Source: Bacteroidaceae bacterium (GTDB lineage: Bacteria; Bacteroidota; Bacteroidia; Bacteroidales; Bacteroidaceae). From it: 64,000 nucleotides of DNA. The DNA lies in assembly GCA_017555845.1 (NCBI GenBank), contig JAFZFO010000052.1, positions 5,542 to 69,541 of the forward strand. Direction: 5' to 3'. The notes beneath the pieces are model-generated. The model made no database searches and was not told the origin of the DNA. It saw only the letters and a program-made list of their open reading frames with translations. Shown here piece by piece: positions 10,802 through 19,936 of this stretch. The first letter of the stretch is position 1; every line of letters begins with the position of its first letter. Both the position numbers and the translations under genes were made by a program.

Positions 10802-11697
10802 TTCGAGCCCAAATATAGGAAAAATAATCCAAGCAATATCAACAATACATCAAATGCCTTGCTCTTGAGATTCTTTTCACGAAGCAGCAATGCTCCGAAA
10901 GCAAAGGAAACGATTACACTGCCGCGCCTGATCATTGAGACTACAGCAATGAGAGCTCCTTCCTGTGCCAACGACGTGAAGTAACAGAAATCGGCAAGAC
11001 CAAGGAATATCGAAATCATTGGTATCGACCAGCGCCATATGAACTTGCGGCTACGCTGCACGGGATTGACAGCATTCATCACCGATATGATGACACCCAT
11101 GAGCAGGCACTGGTATATATTGAACCAAGACTGCACCACAATAGGCTCAATGGAACGCATGAGATACTTGTCGTACAATGCACTCACTGCACCGAATAGC
11201 GCTGCCAACGCCACGAAAACAACCCAACGGTTGTGAGTAAAGTCTATACCTTCACGTTTTCCGCTACGGCTCAACAGAAATACCGATATTATGGCAATTG
11301 TCACACCAATCCACTGATACAGGTTCAGTGTCTCGCCAAACAGGAACAACGCTCCCAACAGCACAAGCACCGGACGGGTTGACTGTATGGGAGAAACAAT
11401 GGTAATCGGCAAATGCTTTATACCTATATATCCGCAAAGCCATGATGAAAGCACAATAACAGCCTTGAGAAGCAACAACAGATGTGTTTCAAGACCAATC
11501 TGCGGTACATACAGCTGCCCTTGGGTTATTATCCCTGCATGCGACAAAAGTATGAATGGAGCAAAGAGCAGGGAAGAGAAAAGTGTATTCAGAAAAAGCA
11601 CCGCCAGCACGGAGTTCTCCTTGAGCGATACCTTCTTGAAGAAGTCATAGCAGCCAAGCAGCGCTGCCGACATAAAAGCAAGCAGTGCCCACATCAC
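10798..11697 (-). CDS. EamA/DMT-family transporter
   Basis: 299 aa with about 10 hydrophobic helices and a two-fold EamA-like architecture. Confidence 0.75.
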   Translation of the reverse strand: MMWALLAFMSAALLGCYDFFKKVSLKENSVLAVLFLNTLFSSLLFAPFILLSHAGIITQGQLYVPQIGLETHLLLLLKAVIVLSSWLCGYIGIKHLPITIVSPIQSTRPVLVLLGALFLFGETLNLYQWIGVTIAIISVFLLSRSGKREGIDFTHNRWVVFVALAALFGAVSALYDKYLMRSIEPIVVQSWFNIYQCLLMGVIISVMNAVNPVQRSRKFIWRWSIPMISIFLGLADFCYFTSLAQEGALIAVVSMIRRGSVIVSFAFGALLLREKNLKSKAFDVLLILLGLFFLYLGSK

Positions 11698-12446
11698 AGA
11701 TAAATCTCGTTTGGATATTTCACATCGACAAGGAAAAGCGCCTCGCCCATAGCCGAGTCACCGGCCTCGCCACGCGCCTTGTTCTCTATCACATCACGGA
11801 AACCATCGATAGTCATCTTTCCACGGCCGACAAGCAGGAGCGTACCGACAATGGCACGCACCATGTTACGCAGAAAGCGGTCGGCCTCAATCTCAAAGAC
11901 CCACTCATTGCCACCGACATTGTGCCATGCCGCATATGTTACCTTGCAGTTGTTGGTCTTGACATCGGTATGTAACTTGCTGAAACTGGTAAAATCGGTA
12001 TACTCATACAGCAGCTCTGCAGCGCGGTTCATCGCCTCGAAATCTATTCCAGGCATAACTCTAAGAGCATAACGACGGGCAAATGGGGACTTGGCTGTGA
12101 CAACACGATATCTGTAACGGCGCGAGATGGCGTCGAAACGTGCATGGGCATCATCACGTACGCGTCTGATATCACTCACGGCAATATCCGGCGGAAGTAT
12201 ACGGTTCAGTTTATATATGAGTTGCCGGACATCGACATTCATTGGCAGGTCGGCATGAGCCACCATACACTCGGCATTCACGCCGGTATCGGTGCGGCCT
12301 GCACCCACTACAGGAACAGGAACACGCAATATAGTTGCCAACGCCTCCTCCAGCATCTGCTGTACGGTCACGGCATTGGGCTGCACCTGCCAACCATGAT
12401 AGGCTGCACCATCATATGAGAAATATATGAAATAGCGCTGTGTCAT
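11694..12446 (-). CDS. truA: tRNA pseudouridine(38-40) synthase
   Basis: 250 aa. N-terminus YDGAAYHGWQVQPN, and GAGRTDTGVNA containing the catalytic Asp. Confidence 0.95.
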   Translation of the reverse strand: MTQRYFIYFSYDGAAYHGWQVQPNAVTVQQMLEEALATILRVPVPVVGAGRTDTGVNAECMVAHADLPMNVDVRQLIYKLNRILPPDIAVSDIRRVRDDAHARFDAISRRYRYRVVTAKSPFARRYALRVMPGIDFEAMNRAAELLYEYTDFTSFSKLHTDVKTNNCKVTYAAWHNVGGNEWVFEIEADRFLRNMVRAIVGTLLLVGRGKMTIDGFRDVIENKARGEAGDSAMGEALFLVDVKYPNEIYL

Positions 12447-13144
12447 ATCTCATTCTTAAGGATGTAGGTATGACATGCCACAAGAGCAGCAGTCTCTGTA
12501 CGCAGGCGGGAACTGCCAAGACTGATAGGTTTGTATCCGGCCTTTACGGCAAGTTCTACCTCCTCGGGGCTGAAATCGCCCTCGGGGCCAATGAGTATTG
12601 TGGCATCTTCGCCTGACACGAGCACATCTTTCAGGAGCACTCTCTCACTGTCATAGCAGTGCGCTATATATTTTGCGCCGGGGCGTTCGGTCGCTATGAA
12701 CTTCTTGAAGTCTACCATATCCGACACCAAAGGCTTGCAATATTTGAGTGACTGCTTCATCGCAGATACAACGATGCGCTCAACACGCTCGGGCTTGATG
12801 ACCTTACGCTCCGAGAAACGGCAGTTAAGGAATGTTATGGCATCAAGACCAATCTCGGTCGCCTTCTCGGCAAACCACTCAATGCGGTCCATATTCTTTG
12901 TGGGAGCAATGGCAATATGCACATTACCATGCCAGTTCTTGGGTTTCTCCAATGGCGCACAAGGCTCTACATAACAATGCTTGCCGGCTATTGAAGCGAT
13001 AGCTGTCTTGTAGAGATTTCCCTTACCGTCAGTTATCTCGAGTCCGCTACCTACCGAAAGGCGCAGAACGCGCAATGCGTGAGCGGCCTCCTCTTCGGAA
13101 AGCTCCCACGTATTTGCAATATCAGGTACATAAAAAAGTGCCAT
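12443..13144 (-). CDS. rsmE: 16S rRNA (uracil1498-N3)-methyltransferase
   Basis: 233 aa with HALRVLRL at the N-terminus, ERKV...ER.ERIVVSAMKQS, and IGPEGDFSPEE. Confidence 0.9.
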   Translation of the reverse strand: MALFYVPDIANTWELSEEEAAHALRVLRLSVGSGLEITDGKGNLYKTAIASIAGKHCYVEPCAPLEKPKNWHGNVHIAIAPTKNMDRIEWFAEKATEIGLDAITFLNCRFSERKVIKPERVERIVVSAMKQSLKYCKPLVSDMVDFKKFIATERPGAKYIAHCYDSERVLLKDVLVSGEDATILIGPEGDFSPEEVELAVKAGYKPISLGSSRLRTETAALVACHTYILKNEI

Positions 13145-13147
13145 AAA

Positions 13148-13729
13148 TCAATTGTCGTTTTCCATTTTGTCGCAACACGCGCTGCTTTGCGCCGTGTGGC
13201 GTGATTCAATTTCCTCTTTCAGTTTGTGTGCGAGTTCGTAATTCTCAACCTTCACCGCATTTTCTATTGCCACACGGAGCGTAGCCTCATCGGCAGCAGT
13301 GATGGGAATGGAGAATGCCCCGTTCTGCTCGTCACGTATGCACATGCGTGACAGCAAAGCATCCTCTATATATATTGGAGCCCCTGAACGCAGAGCTATG
13401 GCAATTGCATCACTGGTGCGGGAGTCGATGCACTGTTCAATATCACCTTGTCTGTAACACAGTTGTGAGCAGAATGTGCCGTCAGCTATATTGTTGATGA
13501 GGACATATTGCAGTTCGACACCGAATGCCGAAGTCACAAAGCCAAAAAGATCATGTGTGAGCGGGCGATCAGTCTTTAATCCTCGCAGTGCAAAAGCTAT
13601 TGCCTGTGCCTCAAGGAATCCCAAGGCAACAATAATCTTGCGCAGCCCATCCTTCTCGCTCAACAGAAGCACGTGAGCGCGATGATCATTAGCCTTAGAC
13701 ATTATGTCCGTTACAACAAGTTCTACCAT
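13148..13729 (-). CDS. Bifunctional nuclease family protein (DUF151) with a C-terminal UVR motif
   Basis: 193 aa. Pattern HVLLLSEKDGLRKIIVALGFLEAQAIAFALRG..TDRPLTHDL, and a C-terminal ENYELAHKLKEEIE UvrB/C-like helix. Confidence 0.8.
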   Translation of the reverse strand: MVELVVTDIMSKANDHRAHVLLLSEKDGLRKIIVALGFLEAQAIAFALRGLKTDRPLTHDLFGFVTSAFGVELQYVLINNIADGTFCSQLCYRQGDIEQCIDSRTSDAIAIALRSGAPIYIEDALLSRMCIRDEQNGAFSIPITAADEATLRVAIENAVKVENYELAHKLKEEIESRHTAQSSACCDKMENDN

Positions 13730-13735
13730 AGATCT

Positions 13736-14998
13736 TTATGCTTTATTCGCCTTCTTCTCCTTAAATACCAATGCAAAGAGCACTGCAATTACCAATGCAT
13801 AACCGGCAAAGATATACCATGCAGTCGGCCAACCCGCAAAATATGTCTGATTCCTGGTACACGCATTGACTACGCCCTGCGCGGCAATAACTCCAATTGA
13901 AGCGCCAAGACCGTTTGTCATCAACATGAACAACCCCTGCGCACTTGAACGCATACTCTCGGGTACCTCCTTGTCAACGAACAATGAACCCGAAATATTG
14001 AAGAAATCGAATGCGACACCATACACTATCATTGAGAGCACGAACAGCATCACGCCCGGCATACCCGGATCACCGACTGCAAAGAAGCCGAAGCGGAGCA
14101 TCCAGCCCAACATGGCAATGAGCATCACAATCTTGATACCGAATCTCTTGAGGAAGAATGGAATCAACAGGATGCACAGAGTCTCCGAAATCTGAGACAA
14201 TGAGATAAGCATGTTCGTATGTTCAACGGCAAATGTGCCGGCATACTCCTCCATTGCTCCAAAACCACCAATGAACATATTGGCATAACCGTTCGACACC
14301 TGCAATGCAGCACCAAGCAGCATTGAGAAAATGAAGAACATGGCCATTCTCCTCTGGTTGAACAGTTTGAAGGCATCAAGTCCCAATGCTGAAGACAAAG
14401 ATTTCTGCTCCGCGCCCTTGTCTACAGGACAGCTGGGCAAAGTCAGTGAGTAGACTGCAAGCACTGCGCCCCACGCTGCCGATGCGAGGAACTGCGAATA
14501 GTCGTTCTGGAAACCGGCAAGGTCAACAATCCACATTGACACGATGAAACCTACAGTACCGAACACACGTATTGGTGGGAATGCCTTGACGGTATCGAGG
14601 CCGGCCTTTGTCAATACAGTATAGGATACAGAGTTGGATAGCGCAAGTGTAGGCATATAGAATGCTACACTGATGGTATATGTCCAGAACAGGTCATTGA
14701 AAACGACATCGGCACCCTTGGTCATTCCTATATAACCCGTGACACCCATGAACACGGCTGCCACAGCATGACAGAAAGAGAGCATACGCTGTGCCGGAAC
14801 CCAACGGTCGGCAATGATACCTATGAGAGCCGGCATGAAGATTGAAACAATTCCCTGTACCGAGTAGAACCAACCGATATCACTACCCATACCGGCGCTA
14901 CCCAAATAGCGTCCCATCGAGGTTAGATACGCGCCCCAGACCGCAAACTGCAAGAAACTCAATACAATGAGTTTTGTTTTGACATTAGAATTCTGCAT
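13736..14998 (-). CDS. Nucleoside permease (NupG/XapB-type MFS transporter)
   Basis: 420 aa with 12 predicted helices. The N-terminus KLIVLSFLQFAVWGAYLTSMGRYL is typical of the NupG family. Confidence 0.85.
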   Translation of the reverse strand: MQNSNVKTKLIVLSFLQFAVWGAYLTSMGRYLGSAGMGSDIGWFYSVQGIVSIFMPALIGIIADRWVPAQRMLSFCHAVAAVFMGVTGYIGMTKGADVVFNDLFWTYTISVAFYMPTLALSNSVSYTVLTKAGLDTVKAFPPIRVFGTVGFIVSMWIVDLAGFQNDYSQFLASAAWGAVLAVYSLTLPSCPVDKGAEQKSLSSALGLDAFKLFNQRRMAMFFIFSMLLGAALQVSNGYANMFIGGFGAMEEYAGTFAVEHTNMLISLSQISETLCILLIPFFLKRFGIKIVMLIAMLGWMLRFGFFAVGDPGMPGVMLFVLSMIVYGVAFDFFNISGSLFVDKEVPESMRSSAQGLFMLMTNGLGASIGVIAAQGVVNACTRNQTYFAGWPTAWYIFAGYALVIAVLFALVFKEKKANKA

Positions 14999-15042
14999 GT
15001 TATTTTATTTTTATCATTTCCGTTATAAAGTCCACTTTACAC

Positions 15043-15050
15043 CAAACTTA
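15043..15050 (-). promoter_or_regulatory. -7 promoter box (TAAGTTTG on the minus strand) upstream of the nucleoside permease
   Basis: Plus-strand CAAACTTA, 45 bp upstream of the start at 14998. Confidence 0.45.
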
Positions 15051-15074
15051 TAAACCGCCGGACAGGCATTATGT

Positions 15075-15365
15075 TCATCGGAACACAATATCCGTGATTA
15101 CCTGCGCCTTTACATATTCATTGAGCTTTGCCACCAGAGAACGCCTGTTCATCAACAGCTCCTGGCGGAGCACGGATGATGTCACTGTGACAAAAAGCAC
15201 CTGATTATATATCTTGAGGTCCTTTGTATATGTGCACACCGATTGTCCCAGCACTTTTGGCCAGGCATTGATCAGGCGATACTCGTTGAGCGGAGTCTCA
15301 AGCCCCTCTTCACGGCACATCACACGTACAAGTTCGGCTATGGATTTTGTAGAACCTCTTTTCAT
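15075..15365 (-). CDS. DUF721 domain protein (DciA-like), coupled to recF
   Basis: 96 aa with INAWPKVLG....T..L.I.N..L.V.V.SS....EL. It overlaps the recF stop by 4 nt. This is the conserved recF-DUF721 pairing. Confidence 0.8.
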   Translation of the reverse strand: MKRGSTKSIAELVRVMCREEGLETPLNEYRLINAWPKVLGQSVCTYTKDLKIYNQVLFVTVTSSVLRQELLMNRRSLVAKLNEYVKAQVITDIVFR

Positions 15366-16474
15366 ACTTCACGCGATTTTAACAATTCGACACATCCGCC
15401 CTGCACCTCGAAAAGATGATAGCCACCGCTGACACCCTCAAGGATATGGTCAATATGCTCACGGTTGACATCGGTAATGAAGATCTGTCCGAAATCATTG
15501 CCTGAAACAAGAGAGATTATCTGTTCAACCCTGCGGCTGTCGAGCTTGTCAAAGATATCATCAAGCAGAAGCAACGGCATCTCCCCACCCTTTGCGCGAA
15601 GGAAATCGTACTGGGCAAGTTTCAGCGACACAAGGAATGTCTTGTTCTGCCCCTGCGACCCCTCGCGTCTGAGCGGATAGCCACAAAGTTGCATTATCAG
15701 TTCATCGCGGTGCACACCCTTTGAAGTGTGGCCAAGACGACGGTCGTCCGCTCTTGAATTACGCAATATCTCCAACAGGTCCCCTTCATTCAAATGCGAA
15801 CGATAGCCCAAAGCCACAGGCTCATTGCCACCGGTTATTGCATTATGGAACTTGGTGAATATAGGCACAAGTTCATCAATGAAGTTTCTGCGACATCCGT
15901 GGATAAACAGAGCCTCTTCGGTCATCATCTCCTCAATGAGCGACATCATGTCGGCATCGGGTTCACGGTCACCACGCAACAATGCATTACGCTGCTGCAA
16001 TGCACGGTTATAACGTATAAGCGACTGAAGATACTCCTTATCGTATTGGGATATGACTACATCCATGAAACGACGGCGTTCCTCGCTTCCTCCGGCAATG
16101 AGTTCATTGTCGGCCGGTGAAACCATCACAAGCGGAACAGAACCTATGTGGTCGGAAAGACGGTCATAAAGTTTGCCATCCTTGCGGAACTGTTTCTTGT
16201 CGTTGCGTTTCAAGCCACATGACACTTCACTCTCTATACCTTTATCACTGCAATAGCAGCCCTGCAGCATGAAGAACGCTGCATCATGCATTATATTTGA
16301 GGAATCGGAAGCATTGACCGCACTCTTACAGAAGGAGAGATAATAGACAGCATCGAGCAGATTGGTCTTGCCCATTCCATTGCAGCCTATCAGGCAGTTT
16401 ATCTTGGGAGAAAAATTGACATTTACCTCCTGCAGATTCCTATAGTTCAACAATGATATACTACGCAATTCCAT
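15362..16474 (-). CDS. recF: DNA replication and repair protein RecF
   Basis: 370 aa with Walker A GCNGMGKTNLLDA, the signature SQGQNKT, and Walker B LLLLDDIFDKLD. Confidence 0.96.
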   Translation of the reverse strand: MELRSISLLNYRNLQEVNVNFSPKINCLIGCNGMGKTNLLDAVYYLSFCKSAVNASDSSNIMHDAAFFMLQGCYCSDKGIESEVSCGLKRNDKKQFRKDGKLYDRLSDHIGSVPLVMVSPADNELIAGGSEERRRFMDVVISQYDKEYLQSLIRYNRALQQRNALLRGDREPDADMMSLIEEMMTEEALFIHGCRRNFIDELVPIFTKFHNAITGGNEPVALGYRSHLNEGDLLEILRNSRADDRRLGHTSKGVHRDELIMQLCGYPLRREGSQGQNKTFLVSLKLAQYDFLRAKGGEMPLLLLDDIFDKLDSRRVEQIISLVSGNDFGQIFITDVNREHIDHILEGVSGGYHLFEVQGGCVELLKSREV

Positions 16475-16511
16475 ATTTACCTCATTTATTCTGTCTATAT
16501 GTGTTTATTTT

Positions 16512-16725
16512 GCAAAGATAGCAACAAGCGAGCGAGAAATATGAAGTTTTACTTCATTTTTTTCACAGCGAGCACAGGCTATGTTCGCGGTTAACGCAAA
16601 GATAGCAACAAGCGAGCGAGAAATATGAAGTTTTACTCCTTTTTTTCACTGCAGGTGCAGTATATCTTCGAGCCTTAATTCAAAGACGGCAACAGGCATG
16701 CGAGATAAATTCATTTAGAAGCAAA
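16512..16725. repeat. Tandem array of an 84-bp intergenic repeat (two good copies and one degenerate) upstream of recF
   Basis: Copies start at 16512, 16596 and 16680 (period 84). The first 42 nt of copies 1 and 2 are identical (GCAAAGATAGCAACAAGCGAGCGAGAAATATGAAGTTTTACT). Copy 3 (CAAAGACGGCAACAGGCATGCGAGATAAAT) is diverged. Each copy begins with a minus-strand -7 box. Confidence 0.9.
16513..16520 (-). promoter_or_regulatory. -7 promoter box (TATCTTTG on the minus strand) for recF, inside repeat copy 1
   Basis: Plus-strand CAAAGATA, 39 bp upstream of the recF start. Confidence 0.55.
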
Positions 16726-16763
16726 AAAAACCATTATAATTTTCAAGCTAACAATATTTTGTT

Positions 16764-16771
16764 TATTTTTG
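16764..16771 (+). promoter_or_regulatory. -7 promoter box TATTTTTG upstream of the TPR gene
   Basis: Exact TAnnTTTG match, 70 bp upstream of the ATG at 16841. Confidence 0.45.
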
Positions 16772-16840
16772 CGCTCTAATATTGCACCCAAAGGGCAATT
16801 TAATATTCATCAAGAACAGAAAACAAAATAAAAAATAACT

Positions 16841-17503
16841 ATGAGCAAGAAAATCGACACACCCATCGCACCAGACGAGGCATTGGGTAAAGCAGAAAAA
16901 TTCGTATTGGAGAACAAGAAGGCATTCATTGGTGTAATTTTGGTAATCATCGTTGTTGCAGCACTCAACGCGTTCGGCGTTTTCTCTCCAAAGAGCAATG
17001 AGAACAGTGAGGCAAACCTCGCAATTGCAAATATCGAGTACAAGGTATTCGAGGGCGATTTCGAGACAGCATTGAACGGCGACGACTTCAACATCGGCCT
17101 TCTCGAGATCATCGAGAAATACGATGGCACAACAGCAGCAAACAAGGCAAACCTCTATGTAGGTATCGTATACGCACAGCAGAAGCAGTATGAGGAGGCT
17201 ATCAAATTCCTTAGCGCATATGAGGGCAACGACAACATCATTGCAGCAAAGGCAAAGCAGACACTCGGTAACTGCTATTCACACACAGGCGACATCAACA
17301 AGGCTATCGAGCTCGTTATGGAGGCTGCCGAAATGGCAAACAACATTGCAGTGACACCTGCTTGTTTGAGAGATGCTGCTGCCATGTATGAGGCACAGGG
17401 TAACAAGGCTGAGGCTTTGAAGCTTTACAACAGAATCAACGATGAGTATCCAAGCTCACCTGTTGCATACGAGGCGAACATCAAGATCAACGCTGCGAAG
17501 TAA
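16841..17503 (+). CDS. Membrane-anchored tetratricopeptide-repeat protein
   Basis: 220 aa with one N-terminal TM helix (FIGVILVIIVVAALNAFGVF) followed by TPR-like repeats. It sits immediately upstream of ribH. Confidence 0.75.
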   Translation: MSKKIDTPIAPDEALGKAEKFVLENKKAFIGVILVIIVVAALNAFGVFSPKSNENSEANLAIANIEYKVFEGDFETALNGDDFNIGLLEIIEKYDGTTAANKANLYVGIVYAQQKQYEEAIKFLSAYEGNDNIIAAKAKQTLGNCYSHTGDINKAIELVMEAAEMANNIAVTPACLRDAAAMYEAQGNKAEALKLYNRINDEYPSSPVAYEANIKINAAK

Positions 17504-17521
17504 TTCAACAACAAACATAAC

Positions 17522-17557
17522 AAAAGGCTGTCGCAATAAAACGGGACAGCCTTTTTT
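17522..17557 (+). terminator. Rho-independent terminator after the TPR gene
   Basis: Stem AAAAGGCTGTC/GACAGCCTTTT followed by a T-run. It ends 17 nt before the ribH ATG. Confidence 0.7.
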
Positions 17558-17573
17558 AATATACTGAAGCAAT

Positions 17574-18056
17574 ATGGCAACAGAATTGAAGAACCTGTCA
17601 TCATACGACCCAACCAAGGTCGCAAACGGTAAAGGACGCAAGATCGGTATTGTATATGCCGAGTGGAACGACGAGATCACATACGCTCTGCGCGATGGCG
17701 CCATCAAGACACTCATCGACAATGGAGTTGAGGAGAGCGACATAACACTCGCAAGCGTTCCCGGCAGTTTTGAGCTCATCTTTGGAGCATCGCAGATGGT
17801 AAAGAGCGGCAACTACGATGCCGTAATAGCCATCGGTTGCGTAATCAGGGGCGATACTCCTCACTTTGACTACATCTGCGAAGGCGTGACAGCCGGACTC
17901 TCAAAGCTGAATGTGGAGTATGACACTCCTGTAATCTTTGGCCTCATAACAACAAATAACCTGTTGCAGGCTCAGGAGCGCAGCGGCGGCCGCCTTGGCA
18001 ACAAGGGAGACGAATGCGCTGTTACAGCCCTGCAAATGATAGCGCAGTTCAAGTAA
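17574..18056 (+). CDS. ribH: 6,7-dimethyl-8-ribityllumazine synthase
   Basis: 160 aa with VPGSFELIFGA, IAIGCVIRGDTPHFDYIC and GNKGDECA. Confidence 0.96.
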   Translation: MATELKNLSSYDPTKVANGKGRKIGIVYAEWNDEITYALRDGAIKTLIDNGVEESDITLASVPGSFELIFGASQMVKSGNYDAVIAIGCVIRGDTPHFDYICEGVTAGLSKLNVEYDTPVIFGLITTNNLLQAQERSGGRLGNKGDECAVTALQMIAQFK

Positions 18057-18182
18057 CAGCGTATCGACAAAGCGAGCAGCGATAGGTCGCACGAAGTGTG
18101 GTAATAGTCACACCCGTGCGGGTCGCGGAAAGCGAGCTTTGTCAATGCCCAAAGCTACAAATGATAGCGCAGTTCAAGTGAA
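18030..18182. repeat. 25-bp direct duplication of the ribH 3' end bracketing a structured insert of about 100 nt
   Basis: CTGCAAATGATAGCGCAGTTCAAGTAA (18030-18056) recurs as CTACAAATGATAGCGCAGTTCAAGTGA (18155-18181), with 22 nt identical and an offset of 125 nt. The intervening segment has an outer stem GACAAAGC (18066-18073)/GCTTTGTC (18136-18143). It also has an inner stem CGCACG..GTGTG (18088-18100)/CACAC.CGTGCG (18109-18120). Confidence 0.85.
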
Positions 18183-18270
18183 TCCAGCAAAGTTATCAGA
18201 TGCATTTCCCCAGTTAGTAGTATGGTTCGCCCTGCTGTCCGGGACTTCTGATAGCTTTTCAATAAGAAAA

Positions 18271-18303
18271 CCCCGACAGGTGATTCATTTCACTTTGTCG
18301 GGG
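18271..18303. terminator. Hairpin at the convergent ribH/ruvC junction
   Basis: Stem CCCCGACA/TGTCGGGG with a 17-nt loop. It overlaps the ruvC stop codon and is followed by a T-rich tract on the plus strand. Confidence 0.35.
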
Positions 18304-18851
18304 TTCTTGTTTACGAAATCGGCCCATGAGGAGTATTTCTTCTCACTAACAGGCTTGCCGTTTTGCAGATAATGACAGAATGCAGCTCCAAGCGCGTCGG
18401 TGGCATCCATGAACTGTGGCATCTCATCGCTTGAAATATTGAGCATACGGCGCAACATATCGGCAACCTGCTCCTTTGATGCCGAGCCGTTACCGGTAAT
18501 GGCCATCTTGATTTTAAGCGGAGCATATTCATGAATCGGTACTTGGCGGCTGATTGCAGCGGCAATGGCCACTCCTTGCGCCCTACCCAATTTGAGCATA
18601 CTCTGCACATTTTTTCCAAAGAAAGGCGCCTCTATGGCAAGCTCATCGGGCAGAAAGGATGCTATCAAGCCCTGCACTCTTTCGAAGATCTCTCCGAGTT
18701 TCATATACATATCCTTGCACTTGCGCATATCAATCACGCCCATGGTAATGAGGCGTGCACGGTTTCCGTTCACGCCAATGAAGGCATATCCCATAATGTT
18801 TGTTCCGGGATCAATGCCCATTATTACCTTATCGTCGGCAGCTTTCCCCAT
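18285..18851 (-). CDS. ruvC: Crossover junction endodeoxyribonuclease RuvC
   Basis: [16 protein letters not shown] (catalytic Asp), [17 protein letters not shown] and [10 protein letters not shown]. Start set at the Met of [16 protein letters not shown] (18851), directly after the upstream stop. The ORF extends to 18974. Confidence 0.92.
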   Translation of the reverse strand: MGKAADDKVIMGIDPGTNIMGYAFIGVNGNRARLITMGVIDMRKCKDMYMKLGEIFERVQGLIASFLPDELAIEAPFFGKNVQSMLKLGRAQGVAIAAAISRQVPIHEYAPLKIKMAITGNGSASKEQVADMLRRMLNISSDEMPQFMDATDALGAAFCHYLQNGKPVSEKKYSSWADFVNKNPDKVK

Positions 18852-18852
18852 C

Positions 18853-19317
18853 TCAATATCCCAGATACTTGAGCAATCCTTTGCAACCCTGCTCAATTTC
18901 CTTATAGGTCTTGTCGAAATTGCCATGATACCATGGGTCCGAAATATCAACGCCGGTACATGGACATGGTTCATCAGTCACAAAGTCAAGGAGTTTCCAA
19001 ACCTTATTCTCGCAATCACAACCAATGAGCCTCATAAGATTGCGTCTGTTGTAATCCTCCATAATCACAACCATATCAAATGCGTTGTAATCGGCTACGG
19101 AAAACTGGCGGGCACGATGACCGTTGCTGCCAATTCCATGCATTGACAATACAGAAGCTGCTGGAGGATATATTCCATTGCCTATCTCCTCGCGGCTTGT
19201 TGCCGAGGATTCAATATGCAGTTCCGCACCCACCTTTGCAGCAAGTGACTTCATCACAAATTCAGCCATCGGAGAACGGCAGATGTTTCCGTGGCACACG
19301 AACATTATCTTTTTCAT
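18853..19317 (-). CDS. Low-molecular-weight protein-tyrosine phosphatase
   Basis: Active-site loop [17 protein letters not shown] and a DP motif (ISDPWY). Start chosen at MKKIMFV (19317). An alternative upstream Met at 19347 would overlap cdd. Confidence 0.88.
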   Translation of the reverse strand: MKKIMFVCHGNICRSPMAEFVMKSLAAKVGAELHIESSATSREEIGNGIYPPAASVLSMHGIGSNGHRARQFSVADYNAFDMVVIMEDYNRRNLMRLIGCDCENKVWKLLDFVTDEPCPCTGVDISDPWYHGNFDKTYKEIEQGCKGLLKYLGY

Positions 19318-19324
19318 AACATTT

Positions 19325-19807
19325 TCATTCAAGGAAAGCGGCATCAAAAGAGAGGGGCAAAAGCGCCTTTATGCCATCCTCTATTATATAGCACTCCTTT
19401 GCGCCATACAGAATTATGCGGATGGGGCTGTTATAGCGTTTTTCGGTCTCAAGGATAACCTGACGGCAAGCGCCGCATGGAGGGATTGGCCTTTCCAGCT
19501 CGCCTTGCTCGGTGCGGGCCGCAATTGCAAGTACCTCGACCGCCTGTGTGGGATACTGGGAGTTTGCCCAGAAAAGCGTTGTACGTTCAGCACAAAGGCC
19601 CGAAGGATAAGCCGCATTCTCCTGGTTTGTTCCGCAGACAACAGTACCATCGGCCAGACGCACCGCCGCACCGACATTGAAACCGGAATAGACTGCATAG
19701 CTGTTGGCGGTTGCCGCGCGCGCAGCATCCACAATCTCCCTGTCGGCAGAGGAAAGTTCATCAACCGTACACACCTTCACTGTCGTATTAATTATCATCT
19801 CTTTCAT
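19325..19807 (-). CDS. cdd: Cytidine deaminase
   Basis: 160 aa with zinc ligand motifs CAERTTLF and PCGACRQV. Confidence 0.93.
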   Translation of the reverse strand: MKEMIINTTVKVCTVDELSSADREIVDAARAATANSYAVYSGFNVGAAVRLADGTVVCGTNQENAAYPSGLCAERTTLFWANSQYPTQAVEVLAIAARTEQGELERPIPPCGACRQVILETEKRYNSPIRIILYGAKECYIIEDGIKALLPLSFDAAFLE

Positions 19808-19936
19808 AAGCCTTAAACTTTTAGCATGACAATCCGCTGCACTTTTTCAACAGATTATCAGTGCGAATTTAGCCCAAATCTTGCGCATAAACAATTTATT
19901 CACTTATTTTGTGCCACATTTGTCCAATTATTGAAT

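Noticed and set aside
16512-16725. Tandem repeats considered as a CRISPR array.
   Set aside because: The units are 84 bp and directly abutting, with no unique spacers, and the copies diverge progressively. No cas genes are present in the window.
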